Assembly (NCBI RefSeq): GCF_002105155.1
Contig: NW_019028980.1
Location: 868,001 to 932,000 of the forward strand
DNA from: Lobosporangium transversale
Taxonomy: Eukaryota
DNA: 64,000 nucleotides
Direction of reading: 5' to 3'
Shown here: positions 51,525-64,000 of the stretch, piece after piece
Layout: every line of letters starts with the position of its first letter
Numbering within the stretch: the first letter of the stretch is position 1
Program-made: the position numbers and the translations under genes
Notes under the pieces: model-generated
What the model saw: only the letters and a program-made list of their open reading frames with translations
What the model was told of the DNA's origin: nothing
Databases searched by the model: none

Positions 51525-53244
51525 GATGTGTGTTTTTGTGAAAAATATTAAAAAAAAAAAGGGAGAAAGAATTGTTGTTTGTTGTTGATGTCTGGATGGT
51601 AGTTTACAATATCCAAGCAATAATGTCCACGGGTTGCAACCAAAGTTTGTATCACTTGTCAGGATTTTTTTTTTTTTTTGTCTATAATAAAAGCACAATA
51701 TGAATTTTGTAGACGTGTAAAACAATTTGCTTGGATTAACGTAATGACAATGAAGTATATTAGCTTGGGTAGTGTCAAAGAAACCAAAGAACAACATTAA
51801 GGCGTGGAGCGAGGCATAAATGAAGAGCGAGGATATTCCAAATTCCAAAAGAGGAAAGAGAAAGATCACAAACAAAGAAGGACAATTTGAGAAGGATCTG
51901 CTCAAACAGAAAGAAGAAGAAAAGATGAGGAGATGAAGGAAGGGAGGGTAGCGGGAAAAGAAAAAAGGGAGAAGGGAGAGAAAGGAAGAGAAAGAGAGGA
52001 GAGAGTTATTCAAAAGAAGGATGTGTAGGCGGTGACAAACTGTCGAAAGGAGAGAAAAGACTTTCAAGAAAGAAAGGCAAAATCAACTGAAGAGGCGTCG
52101 AAGAGTGTTTAAAAATAAAAAGACCCTATCTGCTGGCTGGCGCGTAGTAATTATATAGTTATCCCTCACCTTTGCTTTGCTTTCTTGCTTACTTTTTGTA
52201 GGTCGACTAAGCTTGTTAATAACGGGCTCCTACTTTTAAATACATCCAACTACTGAAACGATGCTTGCGCAAGGGAAAAAAAAAAAAAAAAAAAAGAAAA
52301 ACTCTGACATCTTTTATTTTCCCATTGGCTTGCAGTGGATAATGAATGAAAGCGCACTAATCACAATATCAGCATTTCTGTTACGGTCTTGGTCTTGAGC
52401 CTGGGCTAGGGCTGATGATTCTCTTACTTGAGGAAAAAAAAAAGGCCATTGCTTCCTGGGCCTCTTAGAATTACTCCAGTGTTAGGCATGACAAGGTTCT
52501 ACACTTTTTTTTTCAATGCCAAATTGCTTGCTCATTCCGGATGCCTTTACCCTGCTGGTGTATCCTTTCCCGATCAGAGATGATTCCCCCTGCCTGCGCC
52601 TTTATCTTCCCCTGTCATGGTATTAGTCATGTTGACTTTATTAATAAAAAAGAAAAAGGTGAAATGAGCCTAAAAATAACTATGATATCCTTCCAAACTC
52701 GGCTTGTAGGACGCACTGCCTCAATGCTCGACTCAATATTGCGGTGAAGCGCTTCTTCTAGTGTCTATTACAGACAAGAAAAAAAGAAAATATTTATTGA
52801 CAGGAATTACAAGGTTACTAAGATACAGTTTTTTTTTAAATTTTCAACAATGTGTGAAATAGAGAGAAATGACGTGCCTGTACATGATGCTTATAGGTCA
52901 AAAAAAAATGCGTTGCCTGTGATTGGAGGAAAGAAAAACAGAGTTGAAATCGGTGGACTGTGCGTAGTCTTTTACTCGTGGGCAAATAAGCCGAACAAGG
53001 CTTTAAGAGGAGACAATGCAAAAAAGCCGCCAGCAGGTGATCATTTGGAATATGCTCTGTTAGGAAGAGTTGGAACGGGTCCCACAGCAGCCAGGCGAAA
53101 AATTTCTCGGACAAATTCACAAGCGATTTTTTTCCATCCTTTTCTTTTTCTTTCTTTTTTACACACCACACTTCTCTTTACAGTTTGCCTTTAAACTTTC
53201 CCAAGCACATTTGAGAACCTCTTCATCTCTTTTTATTAATAAAC

Positions 53245-54288
53245 ATGCACACGTTAGTATTCCCTCAACCGGTTTCGGTCCCTTTGATCCTCCCACGACG
53301 ATTTTCTCTTCCTAATCACTGCCGCAGTCAAAAGGATGGCTCTTGCCACTCGTACTGGCCAGCAGAAGAAAGGACGTGGACGCAAAAATATATCTATCTT
53401 GGTGGGGATGGGAATATTAAAAACCATAATAATGATAGTTACTTTTATTACACAACCAGCAATAACAGTAACCCCTCCCCAGCATCGCAATATCCAGGTA
53501 TGGTATCTGGATCACCATCACCCTCGTCAACGCCACCATTATCACCATCATCCTTTGGACCTTCACCATCACAGACTAGTCACCGTAATCGCTATCGTCG
53601 CCACTCACTTGGCTCGAGCTCCTCTTGGATGATTGCCCCACCCCGGCATGCATTACATATGCCGGTGATGAAAATCAAGCCCGAGATCTTACGGAATGAA
53701 AGGCATCAACGTGAGATCCGCCGACTTTTGCGTGATGGGCGCGAGGAAGCGGTGATGCGGAGGCGAAATATCCAAAATTTCATGGATACTAGTGAGGACG
53801 AGGATGAAGACACCATGGAGATGTCGGGCATCATGCCGACGATAGACTTTGGTGGCTTCAGAGCAAAAGAAAGGCGTGAGAAGGTATTTTCTTAATAAAA
53901 ATTGATGGCGCAGCACATCAAAATCGTGGCGGCCAAATTAAGTAATGATGATGTAATATTATTTTATTTTACTTCATTTCATTATTATATATATTATATT
54001 TTCATTAATTCTGAACTCTAGGAGCGTGAGCTCGAGGAGGTCCGACGGGAGTGGCTGGGCATGGTAAGGCGTTGTTCACAAGAGGAACAACAACAGCAAC
54101 AACAGCAACAACAGCAACAGCAGCCACAAAACCAAGTTGCAGGTGGGTCACTGCAAAATTCAGGCCTTGTAGGAGGCGCAGTAACTGCTGCCACTCCATC
54201 AAGTAGCTCTGGTCAGCGGCGGCGTCCATACCGCGGCTGTAAAGGTATCCCTTGGATAGTAAAACGGGCATCTATGATGTCCTTTTAG
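53245..54288 (+). CDS. Hypothetical low-complexity protein, 2 exons
   Basis: Exons 53245-53883 and 54022-54288 join in frame (ERREK|ERELEEVRREW) across a GT-AG intron. Ser/Pro-rich and poly-Q segments. Confidence 0.65.
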
Positions 54289-55519
54289 AGAGTTCAGCTT
54301 CCTGGATACATGCCAAGGAAGTAAAAACCAATAGAAAATATAATAGAATTAATAAAAATAATAACAATAATAATCATAATCATATAACATATAAAATCAT
54401 TTATCGAGCTAAATCACCACGATGCACTACGCTCACCTTTCACTTGCCTCCACTCTATGCATCTACTTCTGCTCCCATCCCCTCCCTTCAGCCTATAGAT
54501 AAGCAAAAACACCAAGTGTCTACCTCTTTTATTTTCTACTTCCTTCCTAATTTCTTCTTTTTAATAGAGGCGTGTTGCTGAGTTTCCAAAGATAGTTGTT
54601 TAATCGAGATAAGCTTTTTTTTTTTTTTTTTTTTTTTTTTTCATCGACTACAGACCCAAGTTCTAGTCTCTAAGGACAACGGTATCATATTAAACCGCTA
54701 GGATATGAAGCTATTGGGCCCCACGAGTATCTCATTAGCGCACGTTGCCTCTGTGCCAACTGCACCAGTTTCTTGGAATCAGTCCTACCAAGGCCAAGAT
54801 AATGCTGTAGATGCGAGTCAGTGATCTTCGCCAGCGCGTTTTTTTTTTAGCAGTGTACCGAAGCTCAGATATTCCGTTTACCGGCAGACTTTACTGGTGC
54901 GATGCACTACTGGTCTACAACCAGCGGTATGATATATTCCAACACAAAAATACCCTGTTACACCTTTGGTAGACTATGGCAGCAATGAAGAGCTCGAGAC
55001 AACAATGACTGGATAATCGACCCTTCCTTCATAGATTCATAAGCGAAATAACCACAGTTATTCTGTTCTCGAGATATGGCGGTGCCCATTCTTCAACCTA
55101 CAGACATTTGACTTGTTACAAATCAAAAAATAGGATATAGTGAGTCTTAATGAACTCAGTCAAGCCTATCCATTATTAGTTGATAACTTTCCCAAACTGA
55201 CGTAGGAAAGTAAACCTAATAAAAAAACTCTGTTCTGTCATCGATACGATTGGGTCAGGTACGCTGTATCAGATGAGAGGAGTTTGACTGTGGAGACATT
55301 GCTGGATGATCTGCCATTGCTGGATAAACTTAGCGTGAACAGTCATTGCTGGGTTTGGTTATTCAGGAATAACCCGCTCATTCTATAAGAGCAATAGACA
55401 TTCATGTGTGTTACACTAAATGAATTAATACACATGTCAATGCGTAACCAAAGGACGGTTAAACATTCGCCTTTGGAATGATCGTGTGCAACGGATTAGT
55501 TCTCCACAAGTCTTTCCCT

Positions 55520-55806
55520 TCGCTTCTCTCCCTTCATTCTTTCCTTCCTTCCTTCCTTCATTCCTTCCTTCCTTCATTCCTTCCTTCCTTCATTCCTTCC
55601 TCTTCCGTTCTCCCGTCACTATCGGCTGTGTCATTGTTGGATCTTCACATATCCTCCATTCCTTACCTAGATCCTTATCCTCTCTTCCTTCTCTGTCTCG
55701 ATTATGTGTAACCCTTATTTCATTTAACGCATTTATATTTAACGTCCATTCCAATTCATTCCATTTCATTGCATTTCATTGTATTGCATTCCATTTCATT
55801 CCATTC
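55520..55806 (+). repeat. (TTCC)n and (CATTY)n simple repeats upstream of the FAR-17a/AIG1-like gene
   Basis: ttccttccttcc... at about 55530-55600; cattccatttcattgcatttcatt... at about 55745-55806. Confidence 0.75.
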
Positions 55807-55826
55807 TTTTTTCTTTTATTAAATAC

Positions 55827-56384
55827 ATGGCAGGGGCCGTTGCAAGAGCCTTAAGGCTCGATCAATTCGAACCCGATAGGATTGTGACCTCTAACCTGGT
55901 CCGTCCATTGACTCTTGCTATCTTGCGAGGCATCTTTACGCTCTACAATTTGATCGTGATCATCACTGTTTGGGCTACATCCAAATCTGCGGTCAAATAC
56001 CTGATGTACTTCACTAACCTGTCCTATTTTGGACTCACAGCCTACCTAGTTGTAAGTTCTTCCCCTTTTCATTGTTTCAATTTTTGATCGCGTAATGTGT
56101 GCAGCACATACGCAAAGCTTCGATCATTATTTTTATTTTTATTATTATTGTTATTGTTATTATTATTATTTTGTATGCAGAAGAGCCATGAGTGGTTTTC
56201 CCATGCCTCGAATGTTCCTCGGAGCCCAATAATAAACCTTGAAAGGATTATTTTTTCTTGTTATTGCGAAGACATCACGCGAGCGGAATTGCAAATATCC
56301 GATTTAGCATCACTTCACTCAAACCCCGAAAAAAAAAAAGATTGATTACAAACGCATTATGTTATTATTCTAACATTCCCTGTC

Positions 56385-56420
<36 letters not shown>

Positions 56421-57038
56421 CCTTCATTTCATGTTCCGGATAAAAAGAGCACCACTTTATGGTCATTTGGATACTTGAGGCGACCAGTTCATGAGCGCGC
56501 GCAGTGGCTCAAGAGTGGATCACCATGGTGGGGCTGGACCCATTGGTTGTTATACGCCACTGTTGTCACTTTCCACATCATCGTCCCCATTGTCTTTTGG
56601 ACAATGCTCAACAAATCAAATGAAGACCTAGAAAACATGTCGACGCTTCATTCATGGACGAATGCTTCTGTTCACGCCGTTGATGGCGCCTCTGCGATCT
56701 TTGAACTTGTATTCAACCGTCATTTCCTGAAACCCATGCATTCGCTTTTCGTTGCAGGTATCATGATTCTTTACATGCTCTTGACGTTTGTTGTGCATGC
56801 GACAGAAGGAATATGGGTCTATCCATTCTTAGATTGGGACCAAGGCCCCATTGCTGCAGCATACTATCTGGGCGTTGCCGTAGCTCTATTTATCATCTAT
56901 TTCGTCCTGTTGGTCTTGCATAACTACCGGAACAAGTGCTTGGCAGGACGATGTGCCAAAGTCAATCATGATCAACCATTGGAGTCACTTCACAACCAAC
57001 AACATCAACAGCATGATGAGGAGAAGGGAGGGTCTTAA
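55827..57038 (+). CDS. Multi-pass membrane protein, FAR-17a/AIG1-like (rolling stone-like), 2 exons
   Basis: Exons 55827-56051 and 56448-57038. Motifs YFTNLSY, HIIVPIVFW, SVHAVD, WVYPFLDW; about 6 hydrophobic helices. Confidence 0.8.
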
Positions 57039-57261
57039 ATGGGGTTTCGATATGTTAAATGCATTAATGGATTAAACAAGTAAAAGATAAAAAAAAAATA
57101 AAAAATAAAAAAAAAAAAACTCCTATCTATGTAAACTACTATCATTATTATTATCATCGCTATTGCTATCATTATATATATTATTATATTTCTTATTCGA
57201 AAAATATACTGTAGAGCATAAATCAACTGCCCAACGCTTCACTCTTCTTTTCCGCCTTTTT

Positions 57262-57981
57262 TTAAGGGTGAAATGAGTGTGTGATCTGAATGCCATCTTG
57301 CCTCATGGCTGGTCGATGTCCCTCACCTGCTGGTTCGGATGAGCCTGTTTGCCTATTAGAGGAAGTCGGTCCGGTAGCATAACGTATATCACTGTTTCCA
57401 TGACCACTCTCGCTACTGTTATTATTATTATATGTTTGATGATTGCCTGGCTCATTACTATTACTATTGTGACTGTTGTTAAGACTTCTGGTATGATTAG
57501 AGCTGTTGCTATTATTGTTTTTGGTGTTGGCTGTGTTGTTATTGTCGTCAATTGCGTTATTGTTATTGTCTTGAGCAGCTCCTGATCCTTTTCCTGAACT
57601 ATTGGACTTTGTGTCTCGCCCTTCCAGAGCTGCGATCTCAGCGGCCGTCAAAAATCGTCCACCCGGTCCACGTGGGCGTCTCATTGCGTGCAAGTGGCGC
57701 GACTCGTGCATAAACTATAAAAATACAAAGTTAATATCTGTAAGAAAAAAAAAAGACAGAAAAGAAGGGAAGAAAACAGATGGACATGTCCCCAACCCAG
57801 AAAGCGGACTATGGATAGGGAGCAAGGTAAAAAAAAAGACAACGGAAAGGGGGCCGCTCACAAACACATGGAGAGCTGATGTCTTTTTTTTTTTTTTTTC
57901 TTTTTTTCCCATGCATGTTCATAACCCCAATCTCTCTCCCCGTCCTTTGCTTGTCTGGATCCCATTCTATTCAACGTTTTC

Positions 57982-58018
<37 letters not shown>

Positions 58019-58798
58019 TTACCTTGCGACCACGCTGCATTAAACGGTTCTGGGCCTCGAGGTTTGCACGAGCAGCTCTCCTTTTGAGGATTCGATGGTA
58101 CTGGTTATATGGGCATTATCATCATCGACATCATAAAAATATATATTTTTATAAAAAAAATAAAATAGAATAAAAGTTAGATTGAATTAGCTAGAGCCCC
58201 TGTTGGGCGTTTGCTCGCCAATGAATTTTTCTGTCGCAATGAATGTAGACCAATAATTTGGACTATTGGATTCGCGTTAATAAAGAAAGAGAAGGGAGCA
58301 CTCAAGCTATGCATACAATCAATCAGAAAAAAAAAGAGAGAGATCCGATTTACTAGTCTACTAGACTGTCCTTTTCGTTCATCATCATTTCCTTATCTCT
58401 TGCTCACCTGTTTAGCATTAACATATAAAGGTTCTTCGGGTTCTTCGATTCTTGGAGAAGCAACCTGTCCGATCATATACCCAGGTGGCATCATACTCTG
58501 AAATAGGCGAAATACAAAAGTACAAATAAAAAAAATAAAAAAAATAAAAAAAAAAGGTTATTAGTTTCAGTTGTTGAAATAGGTTTTTTAAAAAAAAAAA
58601 AAAAAAGTGCAGGTTGTAGCATACAGGGTCTACAACAATAACACTTGGGTATGGGCCAGGAATGGGTTCGAAGCGATGTCCCGATGGAGCTGATCTGGCC
58701 TCTGCATGATGTGTAGAAGAAGGTTGGGATGTGTGTGGTCGAGGGGAATGAGAGGAATGTTCTTGTGACGGAGAAGTCATCCTAGAGGCCTGTGTCAT
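57262..58798 (-). CDS. HAP2: CCAAT-binding factor subunit NF-YA (Hap2/HapB), 4 exons
   Basis: Exons 58625-58798, 58408-58497, 58023-58100, 57262-57714. EEPLYVNAKQYHRILKRRAARA...[26 protein letters not shown]. Confidence 0.95.
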
Positions 58799-60059
58799 TG
58801 TGCAGTAAATGTTCAAAAGAAGAAATTTTGAACCAGAAGGAGAGGGGGAAAGGGGGAAGGTTGGAAATGGAAGGAAGTCAAAGCTAAAAACTAAAAAAGT
58901 GATGGAACTAAATGAACAAAGAATTGATTCCAATGAAGGAGGAAAAAAAAAAAAAGGTTGAACGGTGAAGGAGGCAAAAAAAAAAAAAAAAAAGATTGGG
59001 TAAGTATGTCGCCAGAATATACGCCCAGCCAGGGGAAAAGGAAAGAAAAAAAAAAATGACACGTACAGCGAACATTTTTATTATTGACAATATATATATT
59101 AATGCCGTTCACACCCCTCATACACACATGACAAATCCTTCCGAGCAAAAGACAAAGGCAGCAAAGTATCCTTGAAGGCAAGCAAGAAAGTCTACAAGTC
59201 CTCTATTGAAGACGACTAGGATTTATTTTGAACGTTTTAAACATTGGAGTTAGATCAATGTTGTGCACATGTATTTGCATTAACATAAGCATTGATGCTC
59301 TTGGATCTTTATTCGAATGCACGTTGTCATAACAAAACAGCTGGAATGTCTGTGATCAATGGATCAATGATGCATTCAGTTACACACACAAAAGATGTTG
59401 TTATCTATGTTGAAATCTCTCGCACACTTACATTCACACTCACCCATACAATCCTTGTTTGTTGATTTCTTTGTTCTCCCGCCGTGCTTCCCGTCTTGCC
59501 ATACTACGATCTTGTACTGGATATATTATTGGCGAGATTGTTGTCATGGATTCAGCACGTGTGAAGGATATTACTCCCTTTCATGAATCTGGACATGCGG
59601 AAAGCTCTTTCTGAATCATCATTTCTTTAGATTTGTTGTATTCCTTTACTCTTGGCAAGTAAGGCTCGACTTGGCAGAAATTCAATAATATAAAACATGT
59701 TTATAAATCTAAGCAGCAATAGATAAAGCAGCAGTAACAGTAGCAGCAGTAACAGTCGCAACAGCAGCAAGTGAATATCCAGAAAAAAAATATTATCACG
59801 AGGATCGATTACAGAATCAGGCTCAAAAAAAAAAAAAAAAAAAAAAGAGACTTTTATAAACAGGACTGTTGTAAACATGTATTTAAAAGCTCTACATTGA
59901 GTTAAGAGGTGTTCTGCTTGCTTGTTCACAAACACCTCTCTCTGGTAGGGCTTTACTTTGCCCGAATCATATCGTGTTCTATAGACGAAAAGCTTTTGAA
60001 TGGTTTCTACGTAGAATGGTTGGCCTAGGCCGCTTAGAAGGATGCCGTTGTGAAATAAA

Positions 60060-60091
<32 letters not shown>

Positions 60092-62950
60092 CGGCATGAC
60101 GTTGCATGAGATCTAGAGATCTTATTTAGTCTAGGATGTCCATTGTTTACAAAAAGTTGTATTGATTGTTCCTATAAGGGGTTGGTGGACAAATCAGAGC
60201 TTAACGCCATATCTTCAGTCTATCATGTCTATACACCTCAATCGGAACAAAGCAAACAAAGCGCGAAAGCAAAAAGGGAATATGAATCATGGTCGCGTCT
60301 CACTTTCTAACTTTTCCTTTTTAAATACCTCAATACAACTATTGAACTAATGACTATAGATTGATTCTGGATCCTATTTTTGCATTGAGCTTATTCAAAG
60401 TTTACATCGCCAGAAACGCACTTTGCAAAGGCAGATCACATCGATGTTTTAGGAGCAGTCAACTGTCGTTATGACATGACATTTCTCAATCTAATTAGAG
60501 TCTATCAAAATTCACTCTACCTCACCTCCTATTCGAATCGTCGTTTTCAGATCTTTCTTTTACTCTATCTCAGTCTTCGGAGCATTTTATTTATTCATTT
60601 ATTTTATACTAAAGGATTAAGATCAGGACACGAGAAGAGTATACCAATTAGTGACTTTCCTCAGATATGATATCGCAGTTTTGCATACATATCCAAGCGA
60701 AAAGAGATGGAGAAGGCCCTTTTATCTATGTAGGTCAGATTAAGGATTATTGAAGATGGCTTTGTTTCATTCAATCAGAAAAGGATCACTGTGTAAAGCA
60801 ATTGAAAGGATAATTAATCTATTTTTTGAAAAAAGGTATCCTATCCACGATTGTGTGGAAGGAAAATATAGAACTGAAACCATTCAACATGCCTCAGTGT
60901 CTCTCCCAAGGTAGCACAGTTACAGATTGTTACTGGTACATGTATATATATATATATATACATATGTAACAGAGACTGGAAGGGGAAGGAAGGTTGCTTG
61001 CTGTCCTATCCTTCTCTTTGTCGTTTTTTTTCCTTCTACGTTTCTGCCTAGAACGCACCATCCCCTATAAAACCATGCCTGTGCATGGAGCAAGCTGGTC
61101 TCAGATAGAATAATCAACAAAGATGAACCAGGTTGTCTTGTTTGTCTGATTATCCATGAGGGCTTACATTCTGAGATTATGATTGGCTTAGAGTGCTTTT
61201 CAATTGAAATCTTTATACATGTGCTTTCTTGCAGTTCTCCGCCAACAACGTTCGTGTGCCGGTGAAGGGCACACTCTTTTGACATACTTGTCTAAAAGGA
61301 AAATTTTGCCGCCTATTCATTTGGCTCGTAAGCCACCGGGGAGATACTCATGCAACGGGACGTTTGGTCTTTGAGCGGTAACAGACAGAATGAAAAAACG
61401 CTTTTCATTTTGGACTTGGAATGAACAGTTAGCGCATCTTGCATGTATAAATAATGAAGTCCGTATCCTCTTCAATAAAATTCTCTTTTGAAGTATTGGT
61501 GGTATACGGGTCAAATAAAATAGGCCAAAACTCCCTTTAGCAATTATGTCAAAAGAGGGCATCCTTCGCGAACAGCGTACGTGTGTCAACGAGAGTGAGA
61601 GCTAATAGGCTACAGCTATTGAATAGAAACTACAATACTCCCTCACAACACATTGAACCGGCACGATACCGAGTGTAGAAAGTATGCTGTTTTTATTGCT
61701 TTGTTTGGATGACCGCAGCTTGTCCAACCACAAAAAGGGCTACTTGCTTTGTTGATTAGATAGAGACAGCTCCTTTGTCTTCTGTGTCGGATTTTGGATT
61801 GTTGGTGTCAGTTTGGTCGGTGTCACCTAGGACGGGCGAAGCGATCCCTGCGGGTCGTCGGTGAGTTTTTTATTATAGTTTATGGTTCCGTTCAGAATGC
61901 ACTGTATCATTCTGGATAAAGTCAATAGACAAATAAACACATGGAAGACATCAAGGTATGTTTGTGTATAGTTCAGATCCTTCTTCACTTTTACCCAACG
62001 TTATAGAACATGTCGGAGGGAAAAAAAGGAACAGATGAGACTTTTTAAGACAAAAATTTACGCTTTGGCCCCTGTCTGCAACACACACACACGCTTCGAC
62101 CACTCGGCGGGTTCTCACTGTACAGGAACAAGCCCTTAAAAAAATTTTTTTTCTGCACAGACACTCCCCTCTTTTGCTTTTTTGCTTTGGTACGACAACC
62201 AAAAAAAAGAGGGCTCTCAATTTCTTTTTTGCGCTCGCACCCTTTTTCTGTCTCTCATCGAAGACTTGATGTTTATATTACCTATCAGCTCAAATCAAAT
62301 AGTCTACTTGTGTTCCTTGTATTCAGTCTTCATGAACAGTCCAATCCGTTTGATGGTCATCGAATTTACTTTCCTCTTCCCCCCCGTGCGCACGCGTGTT
62401 TTTCTAAGACAGGTCTTTGTCTCACATCTCTATGCCCTGCGTCTGTGTGCTGCAACAAAGACATAAACAATGCACATCTTCGCACACTACCTGTCGCTTA
62501 CTTACTCCACGGTAGTGGTAAAACGATGACTGATAGTGAAATGAAGAATTCTTTTTAAACATATAAATACACCTTTGAACCTCCATCTTTCCTCCTGTTT
62601 CCTTGAAACGTCCATTCCTCTCCAAGCGCGGATATACCCCTCCTTTTGTTACCTCTTCCACTTGTTATTTGCACTCTGGGACAATCGCTTCACCTTATAT
62701 ACTTATACATAATAAACATACACTCTCCCTACAGAAAAAAGATATATTGTGTACTCTAATATCCGTTTCGTTTCGTCTATCCTCTTTTTTAGCAGCTTTC
62801 ACTCTTCGCTCATTCTTGGTTCATTCACTCTTTCAACAATTCTCATTCCAACTTTGAATCATCAACTACAACTTTTTGTTTTTTAAACCTTTTTTTTTTT
62901 TTTTTTTTTTTTTAACTACATACTCTTTGTAATATTGTGTTCTACTCAGC

Positions 62951-64000
62951 ATGCCTCCAATGACAGTGTCTGACTATCCAAATATGATCACACCCAAATA
63001 TTTCCACCAAAATACGGTCATGCCTTTGTCTGAGGCGAACTTGTGCAAGCACACTATGCAGGTAAAGAACCCATTCTCCTTCTCTTTTACCATGATTCTT
63101 TCATTTATTCTTTTCTATGGATCTCGATGAACCAGACATAGAGATAAGGAAGACTTGGATTTAAGGCTCGTAATAAAATTTTCATTCCTTCATCGGATCG
63201 ACATTTGGTTATGAAATTCATCCAGAGAAGGAAACTATTAAACAAAAAAAATTGTCCATGTAACCCCTGTTCACTGCCTCTTTTTTTTCAATCAAAACTT
63301 TGTGTTTCCTTGGTCCCCCGTTCTACGCACCCCGAATTTTGTTACTATAGCATTCCTTCATGTGCCCTTTTTGGGTTGTCTTTTTTTTTTTTGGTCACTT
63401 GTTTTTTTATTTTTTTTATTTTTTTATTTTTTATTGTTTCGATGACTATTCATGCAACACTGTTGATCATTTGACTACTCTCTCCTGTACATCTTTAACA
63501 TTTTACCCTCTATATTAAACACAATCCTTTTTGTTGTTGTTGTTGTTTGCGCAACAGATGAGCCCTGTGTCGCGCCAAGCAAAACTGGTTCATATCATAG
63601 GCTATGTCGATCGGCAACGAGAGCTCGTCTCATCAGAAGAACCCGTTCATCAAGCGATGAAGGCTTCGGCGACCAAGAGTAGTCGTCTTGTTGCTGCTAG
63701 AGGCGCTGGCGCTTCTGCTCCTGCAACTGTCCGTGGGGGCGACGACGAGATGAACAGTGTCATCTATGATGATATCACTCCTTCGGGGACCATAACCCCC
63801 ATGCTTACGTCCACAAACATACATGCACAACTGCCCATTGCGATGCGCATGAGGTCCCAGCAAATCAAGCCCACAACTCACCAACACTCACAACAGTTGT
63901 CCATCAAGAAAACCCCTGAAAAGCGAATGTCAGAACCCATTGTATCGCCTATGGGGATCTTTGCATATCAGCAACAGCAGAATCAACTGCAACTGCGTAG
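62951..64000 (+). CDS. Hypothetical protein, 5' part (continues past the window)
   Basis: Exon 62951-63061 (MPPMTVSDYPNM...PLSEANLCKHTMQ), GT-AG intron 63062-63557, then an in-phase exon open from 63558 to the window end. Confidence 0.7.

Overview
Intron-rich eukaryotic DNA, most likely from an early-diverging fungus (Mortierellaceae-like; inferred from gene content, short GT-AG introns and long poly-A/T tracts). The left end holds a 5.5-kb hAT-superfamily DNA transposon (1096-6608). It has unusually long (~0.7 kb), nearly identical terminal inverted repeats, a transposase gene with at least six lesions, and no target-site duplication; a possible second transposon end sits right beside it. 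The rest is a gene-dense region: enolase, a Ras2/RasB-type GTPase whose gene needs a 2-nt micro-exon, an AtuA/DUF1446 protein, a MetR/Cys-3-like bZIP, a PX-like protein, a ribosomal-L1-domain protein, complex I NDUFS8, an Est1/SMG7-like protein, a CBM18-AA5_1 copper radical oxidase, an FAD monooxygenase (11-nt micro-exon and GC-AG intron), an ABCC/MRP transporter, a Kelch membrane protein, a FAR-17a/AIG1-like protein, HAP2/NF-YA and several hypothetical genes. Exon boundaries were read by eye. No rRNA, tRNA or CRISPR array was recognised.
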